64,000 nt of DNA from Cetorhinus maximus (Eukaryota), in NCBI RefSeq assembly GCF_964194155.1, contig NC_135889.1, positions 84,444,001 through 84,508,000 of the forward strand, in the 5' to 3' direction. Both the position numbers and the translations under genes were made by a program. Positions 47,801-60,396 of the stretch are shown here, piece after piece (the stretch's first letter is position 1; every line of letters starts with the position of its first letter). A model generated the notes under the pieces. That model was not told the origin of the DNA. It made no database searches and saw nothing but the letters and a program-made list of their open reading frames with translations.

Positions 47801-49034
47801 TGACTTTCATTGTGGTTTGGCACATGTGAGTTAAACAGAATGAAGGACTCAAATCTGCTGCCCAGGTACCTGGCACATACTTGCATGACCCATCGATGAT
47901 CACGGACAAGATGAACATTCAACAAGTGAAAGCCCTTCCTGTTAATAAAAGTGTAGGGCTGTCTAGCTGGAGCCTTTATGGTGATGTGCATGCAGTCAAT
48001 GGCTCCCTGAACCCTGGGGAAACCTGCAATCGCCGTGAACCCTCTGGTTCTTTTCAGTTGTCTCTGGCCATCCATTGTGAATGAGGTGTAATTTCCTGCC
48101 CTTCTGAACATAGCATCAGTGATGATACAGTGATGTGTAGCAGGCTGCGTTATGCCACTGAGGTCTCCATATGCTGCCTGAAAGGATCATGTCACAAAGA
48201 AATTGAGTGCAACAGTGACCTTGACAGCTACAAGCATTGGGTGACCCCCAATGCAGCTGGACGAAATTTCCCCTGCCAGCATGTCATAAAGGGATGTGAC
48301 TGTGGCTCTTGGCAGCCTGAGCTACCTCTTGCATTGTGTCTTGGATATCTGCAGATAGCTCAGTCTCTGCCCATATACTCAAGGGCCTACATAAGTCCTT
48401 CAACGCCTCCCTTGGGGATTCATGGTGGTTTCCACCCTCATGCATCATCAGTGCATCCTGGACCTCCTGATGTGCCCCTCTTCCTCTCGCTCTCCTCCTC
48501 CTCACTGGAGGTTGTGTCTCCCACAGAGACCACAATCCTCATGTTTAGTCCAATTTGAAGGCTAAGATGATGAACAAGGTTTGAATGGACCTCTCTGCAG
48601 GAGGAATAAGACCTCTACATAAGGTCAGTTGGAAATACAAACTTTGCTTCTTGTATGAAGTACTTCTAGCAGTCACAAAACTCCGAACTGCTAAGCTGAA
48701 ACTCAGGGCTCAGCTGAACCCTTTAAACCTGCCCTAACAACCTGCCTAATAATAAAAATATAAACGGGAAACGCACCTGGCGTGAGATACATTCTACAAG
48801 TGTTTTATTGCTCACGACATTTTACTCCAGTCATTTGCCCAATTAATGATCTTAAATACCCCATTTAATTTGAATAAAGCAGACTGGCTCCTGATTTTTA
48901 GCCCCACCCAACTGCCATATTATCCAGAACTGGCGTGATGATGTTGGGAACTTGACCTAATGTCATTGCACCCAATAATACGTTGGCCACGGGCGCATAA
49001 CACTCCTGTTTTCGGAGCATATTATTCTGCATAT
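44874..49034. mobile_element. PIF/Harbinger DNA transposon A (Myb/SANT-like gene +, transposase -, convergent)
   Basis: Left TIR gggctgaataatac, degenerate right end atattattctgcat. Myb-like AWKEVATEVSSVGLVRHT*TQCQRRLSDL followed by |gtgagt (~45518); transposase at 47500-48542. Confidence 0.88.
47500..48542 (-). pseudogene. Harbinger transposase, frameshifted and internally deleted
   Basis: Same motifs and same lesions as 1308-2350. Confidence 0.85.
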
Positions 49035-50522
49035 ATTTCACCTACCAAGTGTCTGCCCATTCCACCAGCCTGTCACTGTCCTCTTGAAGTGTACCACTAT
49101 CCTCTTTGCAGTTCACAATACTTCCAAGTTTTTTGTCACTTGCAATTTATAAAATTGTGCCCTGCATACCCAAATCTAGGTCATTCATGCTCATCAAGAA
49201 AAACAATGGTCCTAATACTGACCCCTGGGATATCGTACTCACGGAATCATATCTATTAGCTAACATCCAAGACTCTTCCATCACCAGGCCTGGTTAGGTC
49301 CTACTCCATCACTGAGATAGACCCACCAGAGGTGGGGGCATAACAGCAGTAGCGCTGGGAGACCTCAACATTCACTCTCCATGAAGTCGCGGCTTGCAGA
49401 TCAAACCTTGTGATCACTACCTACCACATATTCTGCCATTCAATGAGGCCAAGGCTGATCAGATACCTAACTCCATATGATCACCTTTACTCCATATTCT
49501 TAAATACATAATCTATCAATATCAGATATAATATTAACAATTATTCTAAGTATCAATTGCTATTTGCAAAAGAGTTCCAAACTTCTACCCCTATTTGTGT
49601 ATGGAAATGTTTCCTAACTTCATTCCTGAAGTGCCTGGTTCTAATTTTTAGGCTATGTCCCCTAGTCCTAGACTCCACAATGAGTAAAAATAGTTTCTCT
49701 CTGTTGAATTTCCATCCCTGATTGAATATTAATTTCCCTGGGATGTCTGGCATGCTATCCTCTTCCTTTACCCTAAATACTTACACCAAGTAATTATTCA
49801 ACATGCCCACCATTTCCTTACTTACATTTATAATACCACCGTTACCAGTTTACAAGGCACCCACATTGCTCATTACCACCCTCTTTTTTTTCTAATGGTA
49901 AAGAATTTTTGTGTGATTTTAATATGCCTTGAAAGTTTCTTTTCACACTCCCTTCTTGTAACTCAAACTGTTCATCAACTTTTGTTGTTTTCTGCATAAC
50001 TTAATATCAGGATCTACGCTTGTATTTTGGCATTTTTGTATGCTTTACCTTTTAGTTTTATGTTGCCCTTACTTCCTTTTTTTGTCCATGGCTGCTTTTT
50101 TGGCTAGTAGAGATCTTGTCTCTTAGGGTATAAACTAGTCCTGTAACATTAAATTACTTGTGAACACCTCTTCTGTCTATTTTTACCCATTAATAGCTTT
50201 GTCCAGTTCACTTTGGACAGTCCCTGTCTCGACACACTGAAGTCAGAATTGCCTAAATCTTGAATTTTGGATTCTAGAACTGTAGCACACTGAGCCTTTA
50301 ACAAGATCACCTTAATCAACCCAAATAAAGAATTGAATCTAGGACTGTTTTGGTTTGTACTCAGTATGGTGCATTTATCACATACTTGACGATGAAGGGA
50401 ATTGTACCAAAGAAAATTTCTTCAAATTTCTAACTACATGGGGGCAAACTGAGCTACACAGCAATATTCAGATGAAAGTGCTTTAGATCATATATGCATC
50501 CACCAACCAGTTGTAAAACATA

Positions 50523-51603
50523 TGCTACGATTCTTGGCCAGACCCCAAGTTGTTGGTGAGGCTCGGTTCAGGACTAATAACGTTTTTTTTTAAAGTAGGC
50601 AAAGTTTGAGATTCAAGATACTTACTGAGTGAAGAAAGCCACAGGATTCCATGGGTTTAGAACAAACAAAGATAAACTTTACTATACAAGTTCAGAAAGG
50701 TAAACACTTTACAATATCTATCTTACACTCCAACATTCAGGGTAAGTGTGAAGTATGTGTGAATTAACAGGCAAACTGTGGTTGAACACACCCCACTACA
50801 GAATAAATGCCAAATGCTACCAAAATAGATTCCATCAATTTCTCAACAACCTGCCCAGACATTCGTCACACTGAGTCAAACAATCTCACTGAAACTTCGT
50901 CTCTCTCATGAGGGTTCCCAATCTTCACTTCGAAGATCTTGCTTTGAAGTCTCTCCAACTCAGACAGTTTCAACAACGGCCCATCTCACAGGATTTCAAT
51001 CTCACCCTCTGAGATTACATTCCCCTGGATTTCCGAGTTCACTCAAGCATCAATTTACAATTCAGATCTTTGGCGGTGTCAAGCAGGACACCATTGCTCC
51101 AAAGGAGTACCTTTACCCCAGTGGCCCGCAGCACGGAGTCACCAACCTTCGGCTGCCTTCTCGGATCTTCAGGTCTTCTTATGAGCCCCCTTAGATTATC
51201 AGGGCTTCTCCCAAGCCCACTTCACTTAAAGTCTGCTCCCCACAGCCCTTTATTTAACTTGTAGCCTGTTTCTCTGATCCTTTCCTTTTACTTAACTGGT
51301 ACCCGTTTCTGTCCCCTGTGTTTGTACCTTACCTGGGACTTCCTTTTGGGACCTGTCCCTGTCCCTCTCCCTGGGATACTTATTTTCTGATTAAAACTGA
51401 ATGACTGACTCAAATTGACTGTTCATTGACCCTTGAACTGATCTGGTGACCTTTCAAAACACTCAAAGAGGGTCCCACCCTTGTTACTAGGCAGAAATAA
51501 ATGTAACAAACAGTGGAACATCCTGTACCTTAAATGTTACAATCTCTACAGACTATAAGCTTACATAGCACTCAGAGACACAGAATGAATGGATTTCATA
51601 ACG
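50523..51603 (-). mobile_element. Probable solo LTR (duplicate of 4332-5412)
   Basis: Same termini and flanks as the first copy. Confidence 0.45.
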
Positions 51604-54255
51604 TATAATACATGTATGTTAGGTGAAAAACACAAAACATGGCAGAGAATACAACATTTCCCCACCCCTCATACTAAATATTCCCATTTCTGAGAACGTT
51701 ACATAATTTCTTCCAAAAGCAAATCTGGCTAACTTAATAAATAATATTTGAATATTGCAATTTGAAATGAAACATCCAAATTTTTTCAGCATTTAGAAAT
51801 ATCAGTCTGACAATTCTAATTATCAATGTGCTGCATGTTGCGTTTACAGTCTTCAAAATAGTCAGAAGAAAACATAATTACTGCTCTCAACTATATCACA
51901 CCAAGGCATTGATTTAGTTAATGTTTTATTTCATATCCATGAAAATTCAACAAATAGTAAATTGCCTGATCAGGTTACTGTAAGTGTTATACTCATCATT
52001 CTCCATTTTACGATGTTTTTTAAAAACAGGTTATTTGTCTACTCTTAGCAATTGCTACATTTGTAATCCAAATATTGAGCTATGAAGGTCAGTTATTTCT
52101 TCTAGACCTAACTGCTAAGAGCATAATGATAATCTACATCATTCCTTCAATTTATATAAATATAAAAAGCACATTTGAACATTCTAATAAATGAAGTGCA
52201 ACAGTAGCTAGCCCCCTGTGTTTGTACAGTGAATTTCCTAATATACAATTATTGGGAAAAAAAATCTGGAAAAAAAACATTGGATATATTGCACATGGTT
52301 TTATCTTCATCAGATTCACGCTAGCAAGTGATATAGTTGACTAGAAAGTGCCTGATAAGTTAACAGCATAATGAACAGAGAAGATTTTTATCCAGAATAT
52401 TTTAAGTATTGAAACATGAGTTTAGCCATGCTAATAATTCATAACCTGAGATAAATTGATTACATTCTTGAGACCTACATTCAAAACACTCTCACAACAA
52501 AATTTAATCTGCATGAAAATTCTCTCTAACAAGATTCAAGTAACTGTTAAACAGTAAAACAGTAATATATTTTATGTCTACATAGACTGCCTCCCTAAAA
52601 CTGAACCAACAAATACACAAAGCATATCTATGAACAGGATGCACTGCACCAGAGTAAAGCCATGGTCACTTTTTATTCATAGGGTCAAATAAAATTATTT
52701 GGTCTACATTATCATCTTGTGAAATCCGTGGCATGGTGCCAAATGAACCACAGAGAAGTCTGAAAGATTACAGTTGACAGTAGTTTTGTGTCACAAACAT
52801 TTTTGCTTTTTTTTTGATAGAATGTACAACTGCAATGCAACATGAAAACTGTTATCTTAACAGCAGTAATTCTCAAGGTCTAATAATTCTTCACATAGCT
52901 AATCTGACCTATCTGCTCTGTAATAGAACAGTTTTTGATTTGGCCCCCCAAATAATTTCTGACCTATTAGAAAAAGAAACCATAACTGACTAACACTAAT
53001 ATGTGCCCGCAAAACATGTATTGCACAATCATAGTTCTTTAATATTCACACTCTATCACAAAGACGAAGAGATACCTAATTGGAAACTTGTTCTCCCTGT
53101 TCAGGATGGTTATCTGACCAGTATAATCTTAGTAATTTTATGGTTAAATGATCACAGATAAAATTAACTTACATAGACTGCTTTGGCTTCTATAGGTCCA
53201 CTGTAAAAGGGAGCTATCTGGTTTAATTTTACCTTAAATAAGCTTTTAAAAAACTGACAAAAATAAATGTTTTTAATTCAGCTTTTCCTCCACCTGTTCT
53301 CAAAGTGCCAATGTCTTGTTGGGTCACAGGTGTTAGGCAGCCATCAATAACTCACACAAATGACAACTCTTCATTTACAAGCCTTGCCTGTTAGTATTCA
53401 CAATAATTCAATCTTGTGGAGCATCGCAACTGAGCCTGATCCAACTTGGGACCTTTTTTCCCCCAGCGATTCAATTGAGCCATTAAGGGATCCAAGTGGA
53501 AAAGTTATCCACTAGTCTTTAATATTTTATTTTAATCCCTTGTCAATTTTTTTCTTTTAAGTAATGTTGTATACCCAACTTCTATGGTACCCAGAATTAT
53601 GGGCAATTTTACATCTGATTACAGACTATACAGTGCAAGGAAAACAGAAAAGGGTTACAAAATGGGCAACATTACTTATTGTTAAACATGACATCCAAGG
53701 TAAACTTTTTTACTTAGAACAATAATCAAATTTCTGATGTTCACAGAATTATTAATACAGAAATTCTACCAATCATTAACAATTGTGCAGGATTTTTTGA
53801 TAAAACTGAGGCACTAAAAGTAAAACAAGCAACACAAGTGCAAATAGTGACGGTAGGATTGACATGCTCGTGAAGTCTACTCGACAATTTGTGCCAGTCA
53901 GTACCATTGATGTATGACGTTCAAACACTGAAAATCACTGAGCATATTCAGGGAATCAGAGGAGAGATTACATTTAGCTCATTTCACTATGAAGAGGTGT
54001 AGAGGTAGTTCAGTTCTGTTCAATACACAAAGTACAGTATTAGCACCCTTGTCATTTAACATAGTCATGGTTTCTTGGAGTGTTTAATCAACTGAGATTA
54101 AAAGTTGCAATCAGGCCTTGTACCTACCATGAAGACAGAATTCAGACCTTTTGGTAAAAGCACCTTGTAGATTCCTTTGCAGAATGATGCTTAACTGTGG
54201 CAGTGTTCAAACTGTACCACTTTAGTACATCCTTTAATGGGATAGTGCACTGAAG

Positions 54256-54356
54256 TTAATTCCACACACAAAGGAAGAAGCCAACCACCAGAGGGAGGAA
54301 GTTAGTCACTAGCAACCAAAGAGTAACCACCAATCCTGATGAGCTGGAGCAGGGAT
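54256..54356 (-). CDS. LMLN: Leishmanolysin-like peptidase (invadolysin), terminal coding exon with hydrophobic GPI-signal-like C-terminus
   Basis: ttttag| (D)[35 protein letters not shown]; matches the recalled vertebrate LMLN end ([19 protein letters not shown]). Confidence 0.92.
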
Positions 54357-54699
54357 CTAAAAGGGTTGATGAAAAAAATCAAATTGAACAAAATCTCTAA
54401 ATTACTGAATTAATTTTGATTTTCTGTACCATAGAAAATATCTATTCATTATATTTCTGTGAAGATTCAAACATCGTAACAATATCACTGTTAGAATGCC
54501 ATGCTGCATTTAAATTGGTGGACATTTCTAATGAAGTCCTGCACAGAATTTTCCTTCCTCACCAAAACAAAATATCTCCTTTAGAGGTGGCAACACATTA
54601 CCACGATAAGCTGAATGTTAAAATCTTTTAGATGAAAGTCCTAAGAACACAAACTACCAGAAAGTTTATTAGAAATGTGGAAATTTGTTACATGCGAAC

Positions 54700-55172
54700 A
54701 TACAAACATACAACATACAAACATGAAGGGGGAGTAGGCCACTCGGCCCCTCGGGCTTGCTCTGCAATTCAGTAAGATCATGGCTGATCTTATTGTAGTC
54801 GCCTGCCTACCCCTGATAACCTTTCACCCCTTGTTAATCAGGAATCTATCTCGTTCTGCCTTAAAAATATGCGAAAATCCTGCTTCCACTCTTTTATGAG
54901 GAAGAGAGTTCCAAAGACTCATGACCCACAGAGAAAAAAATGTCTTATCTCTGTCTTAAATGAGCGACCCTTTATTTTTAAACCATGACTCCTAGTTCTA
55001 GATTCTCCCACAAAAGGAAACATCCTCTTCACATCCACTCGTGTCAAGATCCATCAGGATCTTTAAGTTTTTAATCAAGTCACTTCTTACTCTTCTAAAC
55101 GCCAGTGGATACAAGCCAAACCCGTCCACCTTTTCCTCATAAGAGGACCCACCCATCACTGGTTTTGGTCCA
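54700..55172 (-). mobile_element. CR1 LINE 3' fragment in an LMLN intron
   Basis: catacaaacatacaacatac tail, ggagtaggccactcggcccctcg; ORF 54998-55180 SYEEKVDGFGLYPLAFRRVRSDLIK. Confidence 0.8.
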
Positions 55173-55366
55173 TCAATCAATCAAGGTGTTCTCTTTAGAA
55201 AGAGTTTTGTTACATAATTACAAAAGCAGCTACATGGTTTTTAAATTATTTTAATAAGTGTTATATGACCATTGCTGGATCAGCATTCATCAGTTTTCTA
55301 CTTTTAAACATGGATGAATCCTTTGTAGTTTTGTACAAGTGTACCTGTAGTACAGAACTTGAGTAC

Positions 55367-55791
55367 TACTGAAAAAAGAGACATGCTGTAAAAGCTTTTC
55401 ATCTTGAACTCATTAGGACAAACACAAGAATGCCAAATTTCAAAGGGAGCAACAATTTATTTAACAATTTAAGGTCATCAGTCAAGCTCACAATGTGGCT
55501 CACTTACGCTTGCTGGAAGCTACATATATTCATGCACAGGGACCTGTCCTCTGTAGGCAAAATGGAACATGTTCAGGCATTGTGTCTTTCTTAAATTAAA
55601 AAGCATGGTAGAACAATAATCCCCCGGTGTATTTCCCATGGCAACATCTTGACCAGAGCTGACTTGCCAAAAAATCAACATTGTTTTCTCTTGCAGTAAA
55701 AATTGTTGCTCCCTTTGAAATTTGACATTTTTGAATCTGTCCTAATGAGAGCAAGACAAAAAGTTTTGACAGCATGTCTATTTTTTCAGCA
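55367..55791. mobile_element. Non-autonomous element with ~90-bp inverted termini carrying degenerate hammerhead motifs (Penelope-like)
   Basis: Arms at 55367-55458 and 55700-55791; right arm ctgtc-CTAATGA-gagcaagac-AAAA-agtt-tt-gacag, left arm (minus) ttgtc-CTAATGA-gttcaagat-GAAA-AGCT-tt-tacag. Confidence 0.7.
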
Positions 55792-55920
55792 ATGTATATT
55801 TCCAACTGACAGGTAAGTAAAGAGAACAGTGAAATTATTGTACAGAAGTGTTAGTTTCAATTTGAATATTATCTGCCACTCTTCATTGTTGAAGCCCTCC
55901 CCTGTTGGAAGGTCAGTGGT

Positions 55921-56300
55921 TAACAACAAAAACTTGCATTTAATAGTGCCTTTAATGTAGTAAAATGTTCCAAGGGGCTTCAGAGGAATATTATCAAACA
56001 AAATTTTGCACCAAACAAAAAGATCTAGATAGATCACCAGAAGCTTGGTCAAAGAGGTGAAGAAGTTTAGGTAGGAATTTCAGAGCTTAGAACGAAGGCA
56101 GCTGAAGGCAAGGGTACCAATGACAGTGATTAATATTGGGGATGCGTAAGAGGTCAGAATTCAAGGAGCACTAAGAGATTTGTAGATTATAAATATAGAA
56201 TGGGACTAGGCCATGGAGAGATTGAAATCAAGAAAGAGGTTTTTTAAATCAATGCATTGCTGGACTAAAAGCCAATGTAGGTCAGAATGCACAGGCCATC
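55921..56300 (-). mobile_element. L2 LINE 3' fragment
   Basis: aacaacaaaaacttgcatttaatagtgcctttaatgtagtaaaatgttccaagg...aggaatttcagagcttag...ggcagctgaaggca...agccaatgtaggtcag. Confidence 0.7.
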
Positions 56301-57364
56301 CATCAATAATAAAATTATTAAATTAATAGTTCTTACTGCAAAATAAGTACATCAAGGGCAACAAAGAATTTAACAGTGCAGAAGGAGGCCAACCAGCCTA
56401 TTGTATTTGTGCCAGTTCTTTGGTGGAGCTATTCAATTAGTCCCACTCCCCTGCTCTTTCCCCATGGCTCTGCATTTTTTTTTCAAATAATTATCCGGTT
56501 GTCTTTTGAAAGTTACTGTTGAATCTTCTTTCGCTACCCTTTCAGGCTGTGGAATGCAGATCAATGTGCAACTCGATGTGCAATCAACTTCTGACCACTA
56601 GTAAACCTTTCTCACGGTCCGTGCAAGCCAAACATGAATATTAATCTCTTTATTTTAAAAAAACTGTTATATGTTAGTGATAGGCAAGAACTGGAGATAG
56701 TATTCATGTTTTACAGTCGTAATGGGAGATATAAATTCTAATGGCAACATTTTGTAAAGACTCATTACTGTAAAGAATAAAAGAAATTGGAAGTGTTTCA
56801 TGGTGTGGCACAACTGTAGAATACTTGAGGCTATTCATAAGACACATGACAGAATATTTAAATCTATCAGGTATGATCCATATTTCAAATACTCTAAATG
56901 CTTTTTCTACTGATGCTGATGATGTAATTTATTATGCAGGAGAGCTTCTCATAACAGTTAACAACAATCACAAAATCAATACATGCTTCAAGGCAATTTT
57001 TCATTTGGGCCTTCTGTAGTTTGAGAAATGTATGGTATGCCATATGTAGAATTATGCTGAGATACATGAGAGCTACAATGCTGATATCATCCAAGTTAAA
57101 ATGACAAAATTAACATTCAATTACATTTTGTTAATTTTATATTCACTGTGACTCCTGACAGTGCTTGGAAGCCTTATTTGCACATGCACAATGAAAGAGG
57201 TGACATCATCAAAACAGTGTCAGGAGTTAGGAGTTAACCCTTCATCTCGAAGTTTGCCCAATACTATTATCTTACAAAATTCTAAGGCAAATTTGGAGAT
57301 TATAAGGATATGCAGAGAGCCAAAGTTATACTCCAAAACTCAGATGTTTGTCATTCACTTCAAT

Positions 57365-57538
57365 AAAAACAGAAAATGCTGGAAAAACTCAGCAGGTCTG
57401 GCAGCATCCGTAGAGAGAGAAACAGAGTTAACATTTCAAGTCCATATGACTTCTTCAGAACTGGAGGCTTATGGACTTGAAACGTTAACTCTGTTTCTCT
57501 CTCCACAGGCGCTGCCAGACCTGCCGAGTTTTTCTAGC
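57365..57538. mobile_element. Near-palindromic Penelope terminal-repeat element
   Basis: gctggaaaaactcagcaggtctggcagcatccgtagagagagaaacagagttaacatttcaagtccata ... tatggacttgaaacgttaactctgtttctctctccacaggcgctgccagacctgccgagtttttctagc; hammerhead-like core on minus at 57426-57462. Confidence 0.8.
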
Positions 57539-58412
57539 TTTGGGCCTGAGGAGAGGTGGGGGGCGGGGTTGGGAGGAATTGGGGGGTGTAGGGAGGCCCA
57601 TGCCAGGGGGTGTGGTGTGGGTTTGTGCAATAGTTACCAAGAGGTTAGAAAAGGTTTTGATTCTTCAAACCTTTTTTGGGTAACTATTGGTGTAACACAG
57701 TCAGAACCATCAAAAGTTTGCGATTTAAATCGCATTTTCAGATGGTTTCCAGTGCAGAGTAATTGCCCAAGGGAAATTTGCACTTCCAGGCAATTCCGTG
57801 CAAACCTTATCTGTGAACCTCCAAAGGGAATACCTCAGCTCTGAGGTTATGGCCATTATGACTATTTTAAAGTTTGTTTACACCATGCCAGCAAACTGGA
57901 GAACAATGCCAAAAATCTTACTGAGGTGCAGACTATGGTGAATATGCTCATGAGCCACAGGAAACACAACATGCTTTTATATTTGATGTTTCAGTATTCA
58001 GATTGCAAGAGTGCAACATGCATAAATTAGTTCCTTTATCCCAACTCCTAAATTAGAGCCCACAAAAAACGGGGAATCTATGCTTTTTCATGGGGGCTAG
58101 AAAAAATTACAACTATTCAACACTATATATTTCATTTAAAATACAGGATTGTATTAAAACACAGATTGATTTAGTTACGTCACATAAATTAAAACTATCA
58201 CACAGATGCCAACACAGTATACCTAATAATTTACCAGGTATATCTTAATTTTTAACCAGAGTTGGAAATCCTAATAATATTGATGGATGGTGAACATAAG
58301 AACATAGTTCTGAATTAAATTTATTATTATTTTTGGTCCAGACAGTGAGTGGTCTTTTAACAAAGTATCTTAGACGCTCAAAAAACATACTGCAAGAAAA
58401 AATATATATTAC

Positions 58413-58623
58413 CTATCGGAATTGTCCTTGTGAAATTACTTAATGGTGGATCCCGCTCTGGTGAACAAGTACTGCAGAAGTCAAAACAAGATGGACATAC
58501 CAGGCTTCCCGTGTAGACCCAGTCATTCTTCATAACATTAATAGACAGTACCTGCCCTGCTCGACTACATAAATAGGACTTATCAGAAACCCAAATGATT
58601 AGTCCCTCAGTTGTACAGGAAAC
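58413..58623 (-). CDS. LMLN: LMLN penultimate coding exon
   Basis: ctttag| VSCTTEGLIIWVSDKSYLCSRAGQVLSINVMKNDWVYTGSLVCPSCFDFCSTCSPERDPPLSNFTRTIPI G|gtaata; 211 nt, phase fits both neighbours. Confidence 0.94.
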
Positions 58624-58810
58624 CTAAAGAACAAAACAGAAAGTACTACATAGATCAATTTATCCTCCAAATTACAAAACGTAGTCTGGAAATGTACTTG
58701 TTTTGCAAACACAAAAAATAAAATCAAACTTTCTTTGCTTCCCTTTCCTCCTCCTGTTTTTGAAGTGTACTTTTATTTCGCCACAGATGTTACAAAATTA
58801 TTACTGCACA

Positions 58811-58962
58811 TTTTTTTTATTCGTTCATGGGATGTGGGTGTTGCTGGCTAGGCCAGCATTTATTGCTCATCCCTAATTGCCCTTGAGAAAGCAGTGACAA
58901 GCTGCCTTCTTGAATTGCTGCAGTCATGTTGTGTAGGTACATCCACAATGCCGTTAGGGAGT
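58811..58962 (-). mobile_element. Short 3' fragment of the same LINE family as 7141-9858
   Basis: ttcgttcatgggatgtgggtgttgctggctaggccagcatttattgctcatccctaattgcccttgagaa. Confidence 0.8.
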
Positions 58963-59647
58963 TGAAATGACAAATAAATAGAGGAAAGGTACAAATCACA
59001 ATTCAACATTTTAAAATCATAAATGCAGGTCTTCCAACCTCAGTGGGCAACGCAAATCACCAATTTCCATTTCCTTCGCTAATTTTCAAATTTACAATGT
59101 TAAAACTCCATGATTAATGTGCGTTGAACAGTGTTCCATGCCTTAAATTGCCAGGGGTAAGGACAACAATGGATGTTAGTCAGTGTCGTAATGCTGAATG
59201 GCTCAGAAAAAGTTTCCATTTCAAATTTTATAAGGTTTATTTTTTAAATTAGATACTGACTAATCTATGGTGTATTTTCTGCAATGTTCTGTCTTATTTT
59301 AGATTTCCATAATTTTTTAAAAACTCTAACAGAAAAGGCTGTTTTAATCACATGCTCAGTCCAGGATAAGTGCCAATCATTTCTTCCTAATAAGAAAAAT
59401 GTTTTGCAAGGGTTGATCTGTAATCTTCATCTGTAGTTTATAATATTACTTGAGATGTACACTGGGATAGTACAATTTCTATTAACTACTGTGGAATCCA
59501 TAATAGCACCCTTATAGAATACAGATTTCATTAAAGATAAACTTTACACAATATTCTTACTCTGTTCATTTCAGACACATTATGGCAAGTGTTAATGGAA
59601 GCCTCGTTCTTGCTTGAGGGAAAAAAAACTTTATTAAAAACACTCAC

Positions 59648-59778
59648 TCTATAACACCCACTACCCCAATCTGGAGAGCCTGGGCCCTTGTTGCACTGCT
59701 GCATAACAAAACGAGATTTCTGAGTTAGGCAGACAGAGTCTGGTCCATATTCTTCAGCACCATAGTTTCGAGAAGGTT
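59648..59778 (-). CDS. LMLN: LMLN internal coding exon (third from last)
   Basis: tttcag| (x)[43 protein letters not shown] |gtgagt; 131 nt. Further upstream exons were not seen in the window. Confidence 0.94.
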
Positions 59779-60206
59779 CTGAAATGAAAAAAGATTAACA
59801 TTTTTACCAGCCACTCAAATCTCAACATATGTAGCTACATTATGTTTATTTGCAAGTTAAATCAAAATACAGAGAGTACATTGTACAATAGCTATCTGTT
59901 GCTCCAACTATTGCACCTCACTGGGAGTCTATCAGTTAATCTCATGAAATGAAGTAAGTTATGTTCTTGAGCTGCGTTTTTTTTACAAACTATTAATAAA
60001 GCCAAATGAACAGCAACTTGCATTTGTATGGTGTTCTTAACATAGGAAAACATTCCAAGGTGTTTCAAAGAAAGATTTTCAATCAAGGCACTGACACATG
60101 CCCCATAGAGAAACGAATTAATGAAATAATTACACATTAAATGCCCATACCTGTTAGAGGGATTAAAAATAAAATGAATCTGGATTTACAAAATTCACGG
60201 TTAGGT

Positions 60207-60396
60207 TCACAGAATCACACAGTGCAGAAGTGGCCCTTTGGCCTATCGAGTCTGCACCAACACATGAGAAACACCTGACCTACCTACCTAATCCCATTTA
60301 CCAGCACTTGGCCCATAGCCTTGAATGTTATGACGTGCCAAGTGCTCATCCAAGTACTTTTTAAAGGATGTGAGGCAACCCCCCTCCACCACCCCC
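60207..60396 (-). mobile_element. HER1-like CR1 3' end
   Basis: Reverse complement of ~16520-16700 with few differences. Confidence 0.88.

Larger units (their letters stand above)
46193..52367 (+). repeat. Segmental duplication copy 2 (matches 1-6174)
   Basis: Direct repeat; continues seamlessly into unique sequence downstream of LMLN, so this is probably the parental copy. Confidence 0.97.

Noticed and set aside
57161-57844. 227-aa plus-strand ORF
   Set aside because: Non-ATG start, runs through a Penelope palindrome, no recognisable domain, and antisense within an LMLN intron; treated as a chance ORF.
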